Positions 41,486-51,939 of a DNA stretch of 64,000 nt are shown here, piece by piece. The position numbers and the translations under genes were made by a program. How positions within the stretch are numbered: the first letter of the stretch is position 1; each line of letters begins with the position of its first letter. The DNA comes from Ostreococcus lucimarinus. Lineage: Eukaryota. The DNA lies in assembly GCA_000092065.1 (NCBI GenBank), contig CP000595.1; one strand, given 5' to 3'. The notes under the pieces are model-generated. The model was not told where the DNA came from and made no database searches. It saw only the letters and a list, made by a program, of their open reading frames with translations.

Positions 41486-41556
41486 CGATCGCGCGATCGA
41501 TCGATCGCGCGTCGCGAAACGCGATCGATCGATCGCGTTTCGCGCGCCGCGATCGA
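41486..41556. promoter_or_regulatory. Nested GATC-based palindromes in a divergent promoter: two copies of cgcgatcgatcgatcgcg embedded in a 32-nt perfect palindrome
   Basis: cgcgaaacgcgatcgatcgatcgcgtttcgcg at 41513..41544 is its own reverse complement. gcgcgatcgatcgatcgcgc at 41491..41510 is also palindromic. Confidence 0.6.
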
Positions 41557-41735
41557 CCGGTCAAAACCCTAGGCCCGCGAGGTCAATCGCCGCCCGGGCC
41601 CTCAATTGTCCCCACTCGTCGTCGTCGACGTCGTTCGACGCGATTCGATCGCGCCGCGAACGCGAGATCGACGACACCGACACCTTTCGCGTCGTTGAAC
41701 GCGCGCCTTGGCTCGATTCGCGCGTCGCGCGCGAC

Positions 41736-42635
41736 ATGAATGCCGACGAAATGATCGCCGACGGCGACGCGAACGGCGTCGACGTTCGCGCGCTCGACGA
41801 GGCGATGGCGATGGACGACGATCACGCGAGCGCGCGAAAGAGCGCGTCGTCCGCGCCCGCGAACGCGAACCCGCCGCTGCCGCCGAACGCGCGACCGCGG
41901 CACGAAGGGCGAGGCGGGGCGAACGGACACGGCGGCGAACGACGACGAGGCGGCGGCGAACGAGGCGGAGGACGAGGCGGTGGACGTTTTCAACAGCGAG
42001 AGCGCGCGCCGACGCGACCGGGGTGGTTCGCGACCGGGGAGGTGGACGAGCACAGCGGAAGGCCCGCGCACAGCGGACAGTGCGAGGGGTGCAGGGTGAG
42101 CACGGTTGTGAATTTCAGACCCGTGGTTGGCGGCAATCCACCGTTGTGCGGAGTGTGTTTGGATTCGTTGAAAGCCGCCACCGCGGGAGGATCGGTGGAC
42201 GGCGACAACGCGTCGGGCGGACCGAATCGTGGGCGACGAGGCGGGCGCAATGGGGCGATGATGATGATGGGGATGCCGCACCAAGGCGGGTTTCAGGGCG
42301 GCGCGAGGTTTTCGCCGTACGCCTCGGGCGGGCAGATGGTGATGATCGATCCACGGATGATGGCGGCGTACGGTGGAGGTCGTGGAGGCGGTATGATGGC
42401 GGCGTACGGCGCCGCCGGCGCGGGCGGCGGCGGTGGGCGCGGTAAGAACAGGACGTGGACGAGAGAAGGCGGAGACGCCGGCGCGGGGGTCGGCGGACAA
42501 GAAGACGTGGACACGTCGGGCATTCCGTGCATATTCTTCCAGCGCGGCGCGTGTCGCGCGGGGGATTCGTGTAAGTATTCCCATAGCGGTGAAGGCTCGG
42601 GCGCCGCGCCGGCGGAGATGAACGTTGAAATGTGA
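41736..42635 (+). CDS. CCCH-type zinc-finger, RGG/Gly-rich putative RNA-binding protein
   Basis: C-terminal C-x8-C-x5-C-x3-H (CIFFQRGACRAGDSCKYSH). RGG/GGR-rich middle region. ATG at 41736. Confidence 0.7.
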   Translation: MNADEMIADGDANGVDVRALDEAMAMDDDHASARKSASSAPANANPPLPPNARPRHEGRGGANGHGGERRRGGGERGGGRGGGRFQQRERAPTRPGWFATGEVDEHSGRPAHSGQCEGCRVSTVVNFRPVVGGNPPLCGVCLDSLKAATAGGSVDGDNASGGPNRGRRGGRNGAMMMMGMPHQGGFQGGARFSPYASGGQMVMIDPRMMAAYGGGRGGGMMAAYGAAGAGGGGGRGKNRTWTREGGDAGAGVGGQEDVDTSGIPCIFFQRGACRAGDSCKYSHSGEGSGAAPAEMNVEM

Positions 42636-42743
42636 GCGAAGGCGCCAAGTTTTGTAAATATACGTACGTCGGTCTGCGACTTCGAGCGCGGCGCGCGGCG
42701 TCGATTTCGCAAGCGTTCGCTTGTATTACACAAAAAAACTCCC

Positions 42744-42797
42744 CGAATTCATGACGCGGAGCGAATTCGTGACGCGAAGCGAATTCGTGACGCTTCG
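42744..42797. repeat. 18-bp x3 tandem repeat (gcgaattcgtgacgcgaa) with short inverted arms
   Basis: Lies in the 200-bp convergent 3' spacer between the CCCH gene and the amino-acid transporter gene. Confidence 0.6.
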
Positions 42798-42835
42798 CAT
42801 CGATCACACTCAAGAGATATCGTCACGTTCGCCCC

Positions 42836-44239
42836 TTAGAGGACGATAGAAAGCACGATGCACGTGACGCCCGTGACGAAGACGCCGCCGATTCTCGCGA
42901 GCTCGAGCGGGACGATTTCAGCCTTGACCTTCTTTTGCGTCAAGTACAGAATCATCGCCGGCAAGACGAGAGAGAGAATGGAGCAGCACACACCACCGAC
43001 GTAGCCGAGGACGACGCCAAAGTTCGGGACGTTAGCTGCGGTCCAAAGCGCGCCCGCGGTGAACGCGGTGCGCACGGCGAGCGCTTGCGGCGCGCCGATG
43101 GATCCCGGCTTGTCGCCTTCGAGCACGTTTTCGCAAATGCGGAGCGCGGATTGCGCCATGATCGGGTACGTGGACAGCAAGTTCAAGCACAACAACAGTT
43201 GCACCGCGATCCCCGACGGGCCCGTGAGCATGGTGACGACGACTGAGGAGACCCCCGTGCCGAAACCCGCGGCGCCGGCGACGCCAAAGAGCCCGGCGAT
43301 GACGGCGGCGCCCGTGAACGCCTTCACCGCGGCACCGAAGAACTTATCCGGTTGCGGCATCGCTTCCTTAATCCCGAACAGGGTGAAGTGAATGAAGAAC
43401 AAAAACGCCACGGTGCCGAAGAATCCCGGAAACGCCGCAAAGTTGGCCACCGGCAACGCGCCGAGTTGCAGCGGGTTGGACAGCGCCGTCGCCGTCGTCA
43501 CCGCCATGCCGACCGCGACCGACGCGGTGCCGACGGCGGAAATCACAGCCACGCCGCTCATCTCGCGCAACCACGACAGCGCGATCATGAGCGGCCCGAC
43601 GAGCGCGAGCATGCTCGCCGTCGTCGGCGACGCCCCGAACGCGCTCACCCCGAGCGCGGGCACCACCACCTTCATCGTCTCCGCGATGAAGATTAAATAG
43701 CTCACCGTGATCCCGAAGCACGTCAGCACGTTCATCACTCGGCACGCCGCGTCTCCCGCGCGTCCCATCGCCGCGTTCGTCAGCCCCGCGTACGTCGCCA
43801 CCTCGCTCGCCGTCGACGCTCCCGCGCCGACGAGCGCGTCCTGCGCCTTAATCAGCATTCGCAGCGCCTCGAGCGCGAACACCAGCGACGCCGCCATGCA
43901 CGTCCCCACGAGCGCGATCCCTCCCTGCGCGAACGCCCACGGCAGCGCGAACCCCCCCGCGCCGAAGATCGCCTTCACCGTGTTCACGATCGCCGCGTTT
44001 TCCCCGCTCGCGTCGCCCGCGGACGCGAAAGTTCGCGTCGCTCGCGCCTCGCGCGTCCCGCGTCCCGCGATCGTCGTCGCGTCGTCGCGACGCGCGCGTC
44101 CCGCGTCCAACGGGACGCGCGCGAAACCGCGTCGCGCGCGCGCGCGTCGCTCGATCGCGACGCCGCGTCGCGTCGGTCGCGCCGTCGCGCGTCCGGCGAC
44201 GCATCCGCGCGTCGCGCGCGTCGCCGTCGTCGTCGCCAT
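42836..44239 (-). CDS. Amino acid transporter (AAAP/SLC38-like, Aa_trans family)
   Basis: About 11 TM segments. N-terminal IVNTVKAIFGAGGFALPWAF typical of Aa_trans. Start at the MATTTA ATG (44239). The upstream track extension is an Arg/Ala artefact. Confidence 0.8.
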   Translation of the reverse strand: MATTTATRATRGCVAGRATARPTRRGVAIERRARARRGFARVPLDAGRARRDDATTIAGRGTREARATRTFASAGDASGENAAIVNTVKAIFGAGGFALPWAFAQGGIALVGTCMAASLVFALEALRMLIKAQDALVGAGASTASEVATYAGLTNAAMGRAGDAACRVMNVLTCFGITVSYLIFIAETMKVVVPALGVSAFGASPTTASMLALVGPLMIALSWLREMSGVAVISAVGTASVAVGMAVTTATALSNPLQLGALPVANFAAFPGFFGTVAFLFFIHFTLFGIKEAMPQPDKFFGAAVKAFTGAAVIAGLFGVAGAAGFGTGVSSVVVTMLTGPSGIAVQLLLCLNLLSTYPIMAQSALRICENVLEGDKPGSIGAPQALAVRTAFTAGALWTAANVPNFGVVLGYVGGVCCSILSLVLPAMILYLTQKKVKAEIVPLELARIGGVFVTGVTCIVLSIVL

Positions 44240-44509
44240 CGTCGTCGTCGTCGTCGTCCCGCGTCGCGCGCGCGTCGCGACGCCGCGGTGTGCGGACCGG
44301 GAGAGCGCGTCGTCGCGCACGCGGGTGTTTGCGTCCGGACCGGGAGAGCGCGTCGTCGCGGTCGTGTTCGCGCGACCGCGACGCCGCGCGCGACCGAAAC
44401 GAGACGTGCCGAACGGCGCGGCGACGCTCTTCGTCGCGACGACGCGCCGAAGTCGTGACGACGACGACGACGCGCCGACGCGACCGAGGCGAGACTTTCG
44501 GCGCGCGAC

Positions 44510-46039
44510 ATGAAGCGCGCGCGCGCGACGCGCGAGGACGGGCGCGGATTCGACGCGCGCGAGGCCATGCGCGCGTGGACGCGAGGCGCGCGGGAGACGA
44601 CGCGCGAGGCGACGCTGCGCGCGTTCCACGGCGGCGACGTGACGAAGATTCTGCGCGAGTGTCGAGACGGGAGTAACGAGGCGTACGACGACGACGACGT
44701 CGAGGCGGCGATGGAGGCGCTGACGCGAGACGGGACGACGATCAACGCGCCGTTTTGTTTCACGGCGGGCGCGATCGGGCTGAAACGCGCGCTGCATCTC
44801 GAGGCGTGGGCGCGGCTGCGCGGCGGCGAGTTTCGCGGACGCGACGGGGAGATTTTCGGCGTCGCGGGGGGGTGCGTCGGTTACGGCGAGTGCGAAGTCG
44901 GCGTGTACGCGTCGAGGGCGAACGGGGACATCGCGGAGTGGCATCGGGACGCGTGCGATAACGCCACGATTCAACTCGTCGGCAAAAAGCAGTGGGAGGT
45001 GGAGGTGTACCGCGACGCGCGCGACGGCGCGGAGCTCCGCGAGGAGCTTCGAGGCAAGTCGCGAAACGCGTCGGCGAGCGACGAGGCGACGTGCGGCGCG
45101 GATTACATCGAGCAAATTTGGACCGAGACGGAGATAGTGACGCGCGTCATCGGACCGGGGGAGACGATTTGCGTGCCGCGAGGGCGAATGCATCGCGTCG
45201 TGCCTTTGGGGGAAGGCGTGAGCGTCTCCGCGGACATTCGCATGACGACGATCGAAAGCGCCGAAATCGCGGCGGAGATCGCGTATCTCAAAGCGATCGC
45301 GCTCTACGACGAGCGAAGCGTCTCGAAACGTCCCGTCGAATTGCCTCCGATTCATTGGTTGCCGTTTGAAGAGGAATTTTCCGACGGTTTAGTGCTCGGC
45401 GCTCGATTGGAATACATCGTCGCCGCCGCGGCGAATCGTTCGGGGACGCACGACGACGCGACGACGTACGAACCGGTGCGGCGGACCGACGGCACGGAAA
45501 AGTTGGGGGTCAGCGCGCGCGCGGAAACGTTGCGGCGCTCCCCGACCGCCGTTTTACATCCGTCGTGCGCGTGCGCGGTGCGCGACGACGACGAGCGCGG
45601 GGATTATCACGTATTCAACGTCAAAGCCACGTCCGCGCTGACGAATAAAGATCTCATGAGCGAGTTCAACATTTACGTTCGACGCGATTCCGTGCGCGAG
45701 GGAGAAATGCGCGCCTTCAACAGCCCCGTCGACTTCATCGAAGCCGAACTAGGCCGATTGGAGCGACAATCGCCCGATCGCGGGAACGACCGCAGGCTCG
45801 TGGCGCGCGACTCGGGCGAGTTTTCCGACGCCGTCTCGTCGCTCAGGGGAGTTCTTTACGACGCGAACATTTTGCTGCCTCCGGGCAACGATTGGTGGTT
45901 CTTTTGGTGTAACACTTCGAAACGTTTGTCCGACGCGCACCCGTCGGGTCTCGCGCGACGCGACCGCTCGCCGGCCGCCGTTCGAATCCCCAGCATTCAA
46001 CAGTCGATCGGGCTCCGCGCGATCGCTTCGCAAAACTAG
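44510..46039 (+). CDS. JmjC/cupin-domain protein (2OG oxygenase-like)
   Basis: EWHRDACDNATIQLVGKKQWEV (HxD) and ICVPRGRMHRVVPLGEGVSVSADI (distal His). ATG at 44510. Confidence 0.6.
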   Translation: MKRARATREDGRGFDAREAMRAWTRGARETTREATLRAFHGGDVTKILRECRDGSNEAYDDDDVEAAMEALTRDGTTINAPFCFTAGAIGLKRALHLEAWARLRGGEFRGRDGEIFGVAGGCVGYGECEVGVYASRANGDIAEWHRDACDNATIQLVGKKQWEVEVYRDARDGAELREELRGKSRNASASDEATCGADYIEQIWTETEIVTRVIGPGETICVPRGRMHRVVPLGEGVSVSADIRMTTIESAEIAAEIAYLKAIALYDERSVSKRPVELPPIHWLPFEEEFSDGLVLGARLEYIVAAAANRSGTHDDATTYEPVRRTDGTEKLGVSARAETLRRSPTAVLHPSCACAVRDDDERGDYHVFNVKATSALTNKDLMSEFNIYVRRDSVREGEMRAFNSPVDFIEAELGRLERQSPDRGNDRRLVARDSGEFSDAVSSLRGVLYDANILLPPGNDWWFFWCNTSKRLSDAHPSGLARRDRSPAAVRIPSIQQSIGLRAIASQN

Positions 46040-46092
46040 CGCGTTTCAATCTCTACTAGGCGTTTGACAATTTCTAGCAATTCTAGTCAATT

Positions 46093-49000
46093 CTAAGACG
46101 CGCCGCCGCTCGCTCGAAGACGCGCGCGTCGCGCCCTGCGCCGTCTCGCGCGCGGCGCCAGCAACGCGGCGACGACGCCAAAGGCGACGACGTAATATCG
46201 AACGTTCGACCCGTCGTCCGCGCGATCCGTCGCGACGTAATCTGTTTTCACATCGAGCGTCGTGCGTGAATCCTTCATCGGGCGCTGTGGAACGGTCGTC
46301 TTCAAAGACGTCTTCTCCGACTCGGACACTTTCAATCGCCCCGGAAGATCGCTGTACGCCGCCTTGGCGTCGTGACGGTCCAAAGGAGCGTTGGGGCCGC
46401 ACGTCATCGAACCTTCGTTCCCAGGGTGTCCTCCGAGAACGGTGCTAAACCGTGAAAAGTCCACGTCTGTTCTTCGCGAGGGAAGAGGCTTCGAGTCCGA
46501 CCACGATTCGGCGAGACGCTTTCGATCGTCGCAGTGCGCGGCGGCGCACGAACCGCCGACGGCGAACTCGACACCTTTTCGCGCGAAACCGAAGCATTGA
46601 CCGCGCATGTGCGAGCTGTCGACGCAGTTAGAGTCGACGAACGCGAAGATTCTTCCTTTACCCGCCTCAAAGAGCGATAAAAATGCGTAATCGCCCTCCG
46701 CCTTGCCGCGCTGCGTCATGCGTTCGCTGTGCAAATACGCGCCCGCCGGCGCGCGCGTGATGTGGGTTCCGCTCGAGACGATGACTTGGTCGTCATCGAA
46801 AACGATGCTATCTTCCGTGACCTCGCCCCCGAACTGAATGCCAAAGTCTTTCAAAAGATCATTCAAAGCCGGCACGTTGGCTCCACCCGTGGCGGCGTGC
46901 CATTCGTAGTGCGTGTTGTCGTCGAAAAATTTCAGGCTTTCCATCGTCGTCAAATCGTACCAATCGGCGAAGACGACCAGCCCCAATCCTTCTTCGCGAA
47001 CGTCTCGAGTGAGTTTGGCGATTTCATCGCTCGCGTACTCCTCTTCGAGATCGATGAGCAGTAGCGCCCCGTAATTCTTCGCGTCAAAGCACGTGAACGG
47101 CGATCCCAAGACTTCGACAAAGTAACCCGCCCGCGTCAGATCATCGTACCATTGGTGGAAGTTCGTGTGCGGGTGATCGCCGTGCCAATCCAAAACGTCT
47201 TGCTTCATGTCGATGTTATCTCTCGGAATGTATCCCGGTGGATACCGCACGTTGTGAAATTGGTCCCACAGCAATCGCTTGTCGCGACTCGGCGTCGGCA
47301 CGACGTTGACCTTGAGCGTCATCTCAACCTCCGACACGCGCAATTTCGTCTCTCCGCGCGCGCCCGACGAAGCGACGGTGAATCGCACGCGCCCACTCGC
47401 GACGCCAGACTTGGTCGCCGCGTCGTCCTGGACTCGCACGTACAACGCCAAGAACCCAGAGTACGGCCAAAGCGTCTCCGAAAACGCAAAGCGAACGTCG
47501 AGGTGCGCGCCCAAGTCGCCGTCGTTCGGGATGAAATCGGGCCCGCTCACAATCTCCCCGTGCGTGCCGAGACCGTTAACGATGGTCGCGTTCAACATCA
47601 GCGGCATCATCGTGGCGTAGATTCCTTGTTTGCAGTGCGGCCACGCGTACGGGCACTCCGTCAAGTCAAACGTCGCCGGAATCACCGAGGCGCGCGGCGT
47701 GTACGTCTTCAGAATCTCCGCCGATTTCAACAAATCCAGCTTCCCCGCCCCCTGCTCGTAGCGATGTGCTAACGGTATTCGCGTCGCCCCTTCCACGAGC
47801 GCCTGTTTCATCACCGCTGGATTTAACACCGACCATCGCTCGCTCTCGGGTATGATGGAGCTGAGCAACACCGCCGCGCCCGCGGCGACGGGCGACGCGA
47901 CGGACGTCCCCGAAAGCGCGCGGCAGCCATCGCCAACCTTACTTCCCCAGATACCGTCGCCATACGTCACGATATCGGGTTTCACACGGCCGTATCCACT
48001 GGGTAGCTCCATCGTGGTCATCCCGCGCGAACTAAAGTGCGCGATGGCGTCGGCGTCGGTGATGCCGCCCACGCCGATGATGTCCAAGTTATCCGCCGGG
48101 TTGTTCAACGTTCCGTACAGCGGCCCATCGTTTCCTATCGCGCTAATCATGATGATTCCCGCCGCCGTGATCTCGTTGATCTTGTCCGTGAACGGGCGGT
48201 CCAAGTAATCAGGCCCGCCGATGGAAAGATTTAAGACGTGCACGCCCGTGGCGATGGCGTAGTTGAACCCGTCGAGAAACCACGACGTGTACGAGTTTTG
48301 ATCGTTCGTGAATACGCGAAACGTGTGTATGAGGGCATCAGGCGCGAATCCCGCGCACTGTTTCGACGTTCCCGCGACGACGCCCGCGACGAAGCTCCCG
48401 TGTCCCAACCCGTCGTGGAGTTGGTTTTCGTTGGTCCAATTCGTGCGTTCGACGATGTGCCGAAAGTGCGGATGATCTTCGGCGATACCGGTGTCGAAGA
48501 CGGCCATCTTCACCCCAGCCCCGGTGTACCCTTGCTCCCACAGCGTCGGCGCGCCCATGCTCTTCGCGATGCTCACGTCTCCGAGCAACGAACGCCGACC
48601 CTTCGCCGCCGCCGCGTCGTCTTCGTCTCGTTCGCCCAGCGCCGACCGCCGCGTCAACCTTTGTTCCCTGTGCACATCCTTCACCACGCCTCGAAGCGCC
48701 GCGCGAAGCGTCTCGAGCACCGCATCACCCTTCACCGCTCCCCGCGTCGCGCCCGCGCCGTCGTCGACGCTCTCGACGACGACGAAATCCGTCGGAAACC
48801 GCGTCGCCGCGACGTTGTCGCGAGACGCCACTCGAAACGTCGCTTCGCCCCTCCCCCGACGCGCGCGCGCGCGCCCACCGCCCTCGCGCGCGTCGACCGC
48901 TTTCCGTACCGCGTCCTCGTGCGTCGCCGCCGTCGCGTACGTCTCGAACCGCGCGATGAACGTCCCGCGCGTCGTCCCGTCCGCGCGCACGCGCTCGCTC

Positions 49001-49236
49001 GCCCATCCCGCGGTCTCGTCGTCGTCCCGGACGCGCGCGTTCGAGTCCCGGGCGCGCGCGTCCGAGTCCCGGACGCGCGCCGTCGCGCGCGTCCCCGTCG
49101 TCGCGTCGCACGCGTCGTCCACGCGACGCGCGCCGTCGCGATGCGCGCTCGCGACGACGCTCGCGACGACGCTCGCGACGACGACGACGACGACGACGAC
49201 GCGCGACGCGATCGCGCGCGCGCGTCGCCTCGCCAT
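46093..49236 (-). CDS. Subtilisin-like serine protease, site-1 protease (S1P/MBTPS1)-like, type I membrane protein
   Basis: Catalytic triad blocks VFDTGI (Asp), HGSFVAGVVAG (His) and GTSVASPVAAGAAVLL (Ser). Signal peptide MARRRARAIASRVVVVVVVVASVVA at the chosen ATG (49236). C-terminal TM plus basic tail (VVAFGVVAALLAPRARRRRARR). Confidence 0.8.
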   Translation of the reverse strand: MARRRARAIASRVVVVVVVVASVVASVVASAHRDGARRVDDACDATTGTRATARVRDSDARARDSNARVRDDDETAGWASERVRADGTTRGTFIARFETYATAATHEDAVRKAVDAREGGGRARARRGRGEATFRVASRDNVAATRFPTDFVVVESVDDGAGATRGAVKGDAVLETLRAALRGVVKDVHREQRLTRRSALGERDEDDAAAAKGRRSLLGDVSIAKSMGAPTLWEQGYTGAGVKMAVFDTGIAEDHPHFRHIVERTNWTNENQLHDGLGHGSFVAGVVAGTSKQCAGFAPDALIHTFRVFTNDQNSYTSWFLDGFNYAIATGVHVLNLSIGGPDYLDRPFTDKINEITAAGIIMISAIGNDGPLYGTLNNPADNLDIIGVGGITDADAIAHFSSRGMTTMELPSGYGRVKPDIVTYGDGIWGSKVGDGCRALSGTSVASPVAAGAAVLLSSIIPESERWSVLNPAVMKQALVEGATRIPLAHRYEQGAGKLDLLKSAEILKTYTPRASVIPATFDLTECPYAWPHCKQGIYATMMPLMLNATIVNGLGTHGEIVSGPDFIPNDGDLGAHLDVRFAFSETLWPYSGFLALYVRVQDDAATKSGVASGRVRFTVASSGARGETKLRVSEVEMTLKVNVVPTPSRDKRLLWDQFHNVRYPPGYIPRDNIDMKQDVLDWHGDHPHTNFHQWYDDLTRAGYFVEVLGSPFTCFDAKNYGALLLIDLEEEYASDEIAKLTRDVREEGLGLVVFADWYDLTTMESLKFFDDNTHYEWHAATGGANVPALNDLLKDFGIQFGGEVTEDSIVFDDDQVIVSSGTHITRAPAGAYLHSERMTQRGKAEGDYAFLSLFEAGKGRIFAFVDSNCVDSSHMRGQCFGFARKGVEFAVGGSCAAAHCDDRKRLAESWSDSKPLPSRRTDVDFSRFSTVLGGHPGNEGSMTCGPNAPLDRHDAKAAYSDLPGRLKVSESEKTSLKTTVPQRPMKDSRTTLDVKTDYVATDRADDGSNVRYYVVAFGVVAALLAPRARRRRARRARLRASGGAS

Positions 49237-49462
49237 CCGCGACGGACGCGACGGACGCGACGGACCGTCTTCGCGTCGCGTCGTCCGAAGCGCGTCGCCC
49301 AAAGCGCGCGCCCGGTCCCGCGGTCGCGCGGTCGAGTGACTCGGACCGACCGCTCGACCGACCGACCGCGCGACGCCAACACGAATGCGTGCCCGTCGCG
49401 CCGTCGACGCGCGCGACGGCACAGCGCGTCCGACGGCGTCGCGAACGCGTCCGACGCCGCGG

Positions 49463-51040
49463 ATGACGACGATGGACGCCGACGCGACGCCGCTGCTGCC
49501 GCGCGGCGCGCTCGAGGACGACGGCGCGACGCGCGAGCGGGACGAGCGAGGACGACGACGATGGCGACGCGGCGTCGCGATCGCGGCGCTGTTCGCGCTG
49601 GGAGGGTGCGCGGCGATCGCGAGCCGAGACCTGGGAGGGCGAAAAGCGACGACGGACGCGACGACGCGCGATAGAGACGCGAGCGAAGCGACGGGGGGGG
49701 AGAGAGACGACGCGAGGACGAGGACGAGGACGGAGACGCGCGCGGGACGAAGCGCGGGACGAAGCGCGGGACGCGGGACGCGCGACGGGACGCGCGACGC
49801 GGCGACGGCGACGCGCGACGCGCGGACGACGGCGACGATCGCGTCGACGACGCGCGAGCGAGGGATGTGGGTCGACGCCGTGGAGCGCGTCGTCGCCGCG
49901 GACGCGGAGGACGACGCGGAGGGTGTTGAGACGACGGCGGCGACGCGAGGACGATGGATCCCGACCAAGGCGCGGGTGGGGGGAGATTTCGACGTCGGCG
50001 AAGAGAGCGACGATGCGGAGCGCGAGGACGCGGAGGCGTCGTCCGACGCCGACGACGCGTACGAAGCGAACGCCACGCTTCGCGCGTTGGACGACGAGGT
50101 TTGGATTGAAAATTACGGGCAAGCCAAGCGCAGGAGGGCGCGCGCAAAGTTTCTGCGCGCGCACGGCGTCGATCCGAAGACGACGTCGGGCACGGCAGCC
50201 TTCGCCGCGCTCGGGGCGACGCGAGATGACTGCCCGGCGGCGTATTTCGCCCCGAAAGTGGGCGCGGCGAGCCTCGGCGGGCCCGGCGCGAGCGAGTTAC
50301 CCGAGCACTTTGCAAAGTTTTCCGTGCACGCCACGAAATTGGCGGCGTTGGCGGATCAGATTTACATCTTGTGCACCGAGTGTTCTTTAGGCATCCCCGA
50401 GGATTGGCGGGCGAAGACGTCCTTCGTGCACGGGTTTAGAATCGACGAGTGTCTCAAGACGCAGGGAATCGACCACTGGCACAAGGCGTCGTTTTCGCAC
50501 GCCCACGCGTTGATGGATGCTCAAAAGAAGCAGCACAAGACGGTCGCCATCATCGAAGAAGACGTGATCACGCGAGATTTCGCGGACGGCGGCGTCGGGT
50601 GGCGCATGCTGTTGGACAATCTGGGGCACGTTCGCGATACGATGCGTTTGGAGAAGGATTGGCGCACGATTCGCGTCGGCTATCGCGCCATGTTCATCGA
50701 TAGATCGATCGAGAGCGTCAGCAAGCTCGAAGGCAAGGAGACGTGTCCGAAGGATTGTCGCTGCGAGAAGAAGAACGCCTTCACGTGCATCATGCGCCAA
50801 TCCGGGTGCGATATGCGTTCGAGCGATTTCTACCTCGTTCGCGAAGCCGCGTACCAGCCCATCATCGACAAAATCTACGAAGGCTACACCGTCGATTGCG
50901 AAGCGTTGCGCGAGGTGCCGAATCAAATCTACATCACCCCGCAGCTTTCGTTTCAAGGCACGCTGGATTTAAAGCTCCAAACCCAAATCCAAATGGGCGA
51001 AGAGTTTATGCAAAAGTGCGCCGTCGGCGCCACGGCGTGA
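49463..51040 (+). CDS. Type II membrane protein, putative Golgi glycosyltransferase-like (family unassigned)
   Basis: N-terminal signal-anchor (RRRWRRGVAIAALFALGGCAAIAS) after a short cytoplasmic tail. Acidic stem. C-terminal globular domain of normal composition. No motif I can name confidently. Confidence 0.4.
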   Translation: MTTMDADATPLLPRGALEDDGATRERDERGRRRWRRGVAIAALFALGGCAAIASRDLGGRKATTDATTRDRDASEATGGERDDARTRTRTETRAGRSAGRSAGRGTRDGTRDAATATRDARTTATIASTTRERGMWVDAVERVVAADAEDDAEGVETTAATRGRWIPTKARVGGDFDVGEESDDAEREDAEASSDADDAYEANATLRALDDEVWIENYGQAKRRRARAKFLRAHGVDPKTTSGTAAFAALGATRDDCPAAYFAPKVGAASLGGPGASELPEHFAKFSVHATKLAALADQIYILCTECSLGIPEDWRAKTSFVHGFRIDECLKTQGIDHWHKASFSHAHALMDAQKKQHKTVAIIEEDVITRDFADGGVGWRMLLDNLGHVRDTMRLEKDWRTIRVGYRAMFIDRSIESVSKLEGKETCPKDCRCEKKNAFTCIMRQSGCDMRSSDFYLVREAAYQPIIDKIYEGYTVDCEALREVPNQIYITPQLSFQGTLDLKLQTQIQMGEEFMQKCAVGATA

Positions 51041-51507
51041 CGCGCGCCGTCGACTTTCGCGCGACTGGCGCGGCGCATCCTAGGTAGATAGAGCGCGTGG
51101 AGCGCATTCATCTGCGCGACACGTCGACGACGTCGACGCGCGCGTTGATTTTGTAATCGAAACGACCGCGCGGACAAAGTGTCGGTTCTTCTTTCGCTCG
51201 CCCGCTCGCTCGCTCGTCGGCGACGGCTCGACAGCCCCGCGGCAGTGCGCGCCTCGACGTCGACGGCGCGGTCGAGTCCGTGGACGCGATCGCGCGAGAA
51301 CGAGCTCGTGGACCCGCGCGGCACGGCGCAGGGCGAGATCGACGCATCCGCGCGTCGTCGCGGTCGTCGCGTCGTCGCGCCGTTCGTTCGTTCGCGCCGT
51401 CGCCGCGCGCGACGCGTCGAACGCGTGCGTGATTGATTGATTCATCTGTTCGGTTTTATTCGCCGTCGACGAACGCGCGAGCGCGAGGCGAGAGCGAACG
51501 ATCGGTG

Positions 51508-51852
51508 ATGTTGCTCGTCAAGCTGTGGATCGCGAAAAAGCTCGCCGTGCTGCTCGCCGTGCGCGCGTTCGGCGTGAAGAGACTGTACCGACGAGGATTA
51601 AAGCTCTCGCGCTACGCCTTTGGCGACGTGGAGGCTTCGGAGAACGCCTATCGCCGGACGACGGAGCGAGTGCTGTGGCACACGTGTCACGCGGCTATGA
51701 TAACCGAACAGTGGCTCGTGCGACGGGCGACCGCGTTCACGGAAAAGGTGTTCACGAACGCCGGGTTCAGCGCGCGAGGGATGCCGAGCGGCGGGGAGGC
51801 GTTTGGCGGGACGAAGGCGACGCCGAAACCGCCGAAGACGAAGACGCCGTGA
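51508..51852 (+). CDS. Hypothetical small protein (114 aa) in an unusually long 1-kb spacer
   Basis: ATG at 51508. Protein-like composition (MLLVKLWIAKKLAVLLAVRAFGVKRLYRRGL...). TGTAA at 51993..51997 about 140 nt downstream. No recognisable family. Could alternatively be UTR. Confidence 0.3.
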   Translation: MLLVKLWIAKKLAVLLAVRAFGVKRLYRRGLKLSRYAFGDVEASENAYRRTTERVLWHTCHAAMITEQWLVRRATAFTEKVFTNAGFSARGMPSGGEAFGGTKATPKPPKTKTP

Positions 51853-51939
51853 CGACTTCGAGCGACGAGCGATGGACGTTCATCATAGGGAAACGGGAAC
51901 GCGCGCCGGCGCACCGAAGCACCAGAACACGCGCGCACA

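Noticed and set aside
45968-45985. GTTCGAATCCCC tRNA-like motif
   Set aside because: It lies inside the well-supported JmjC coding frame (…AAVRIPSIQQ…) with no surrounding cloverleaf.
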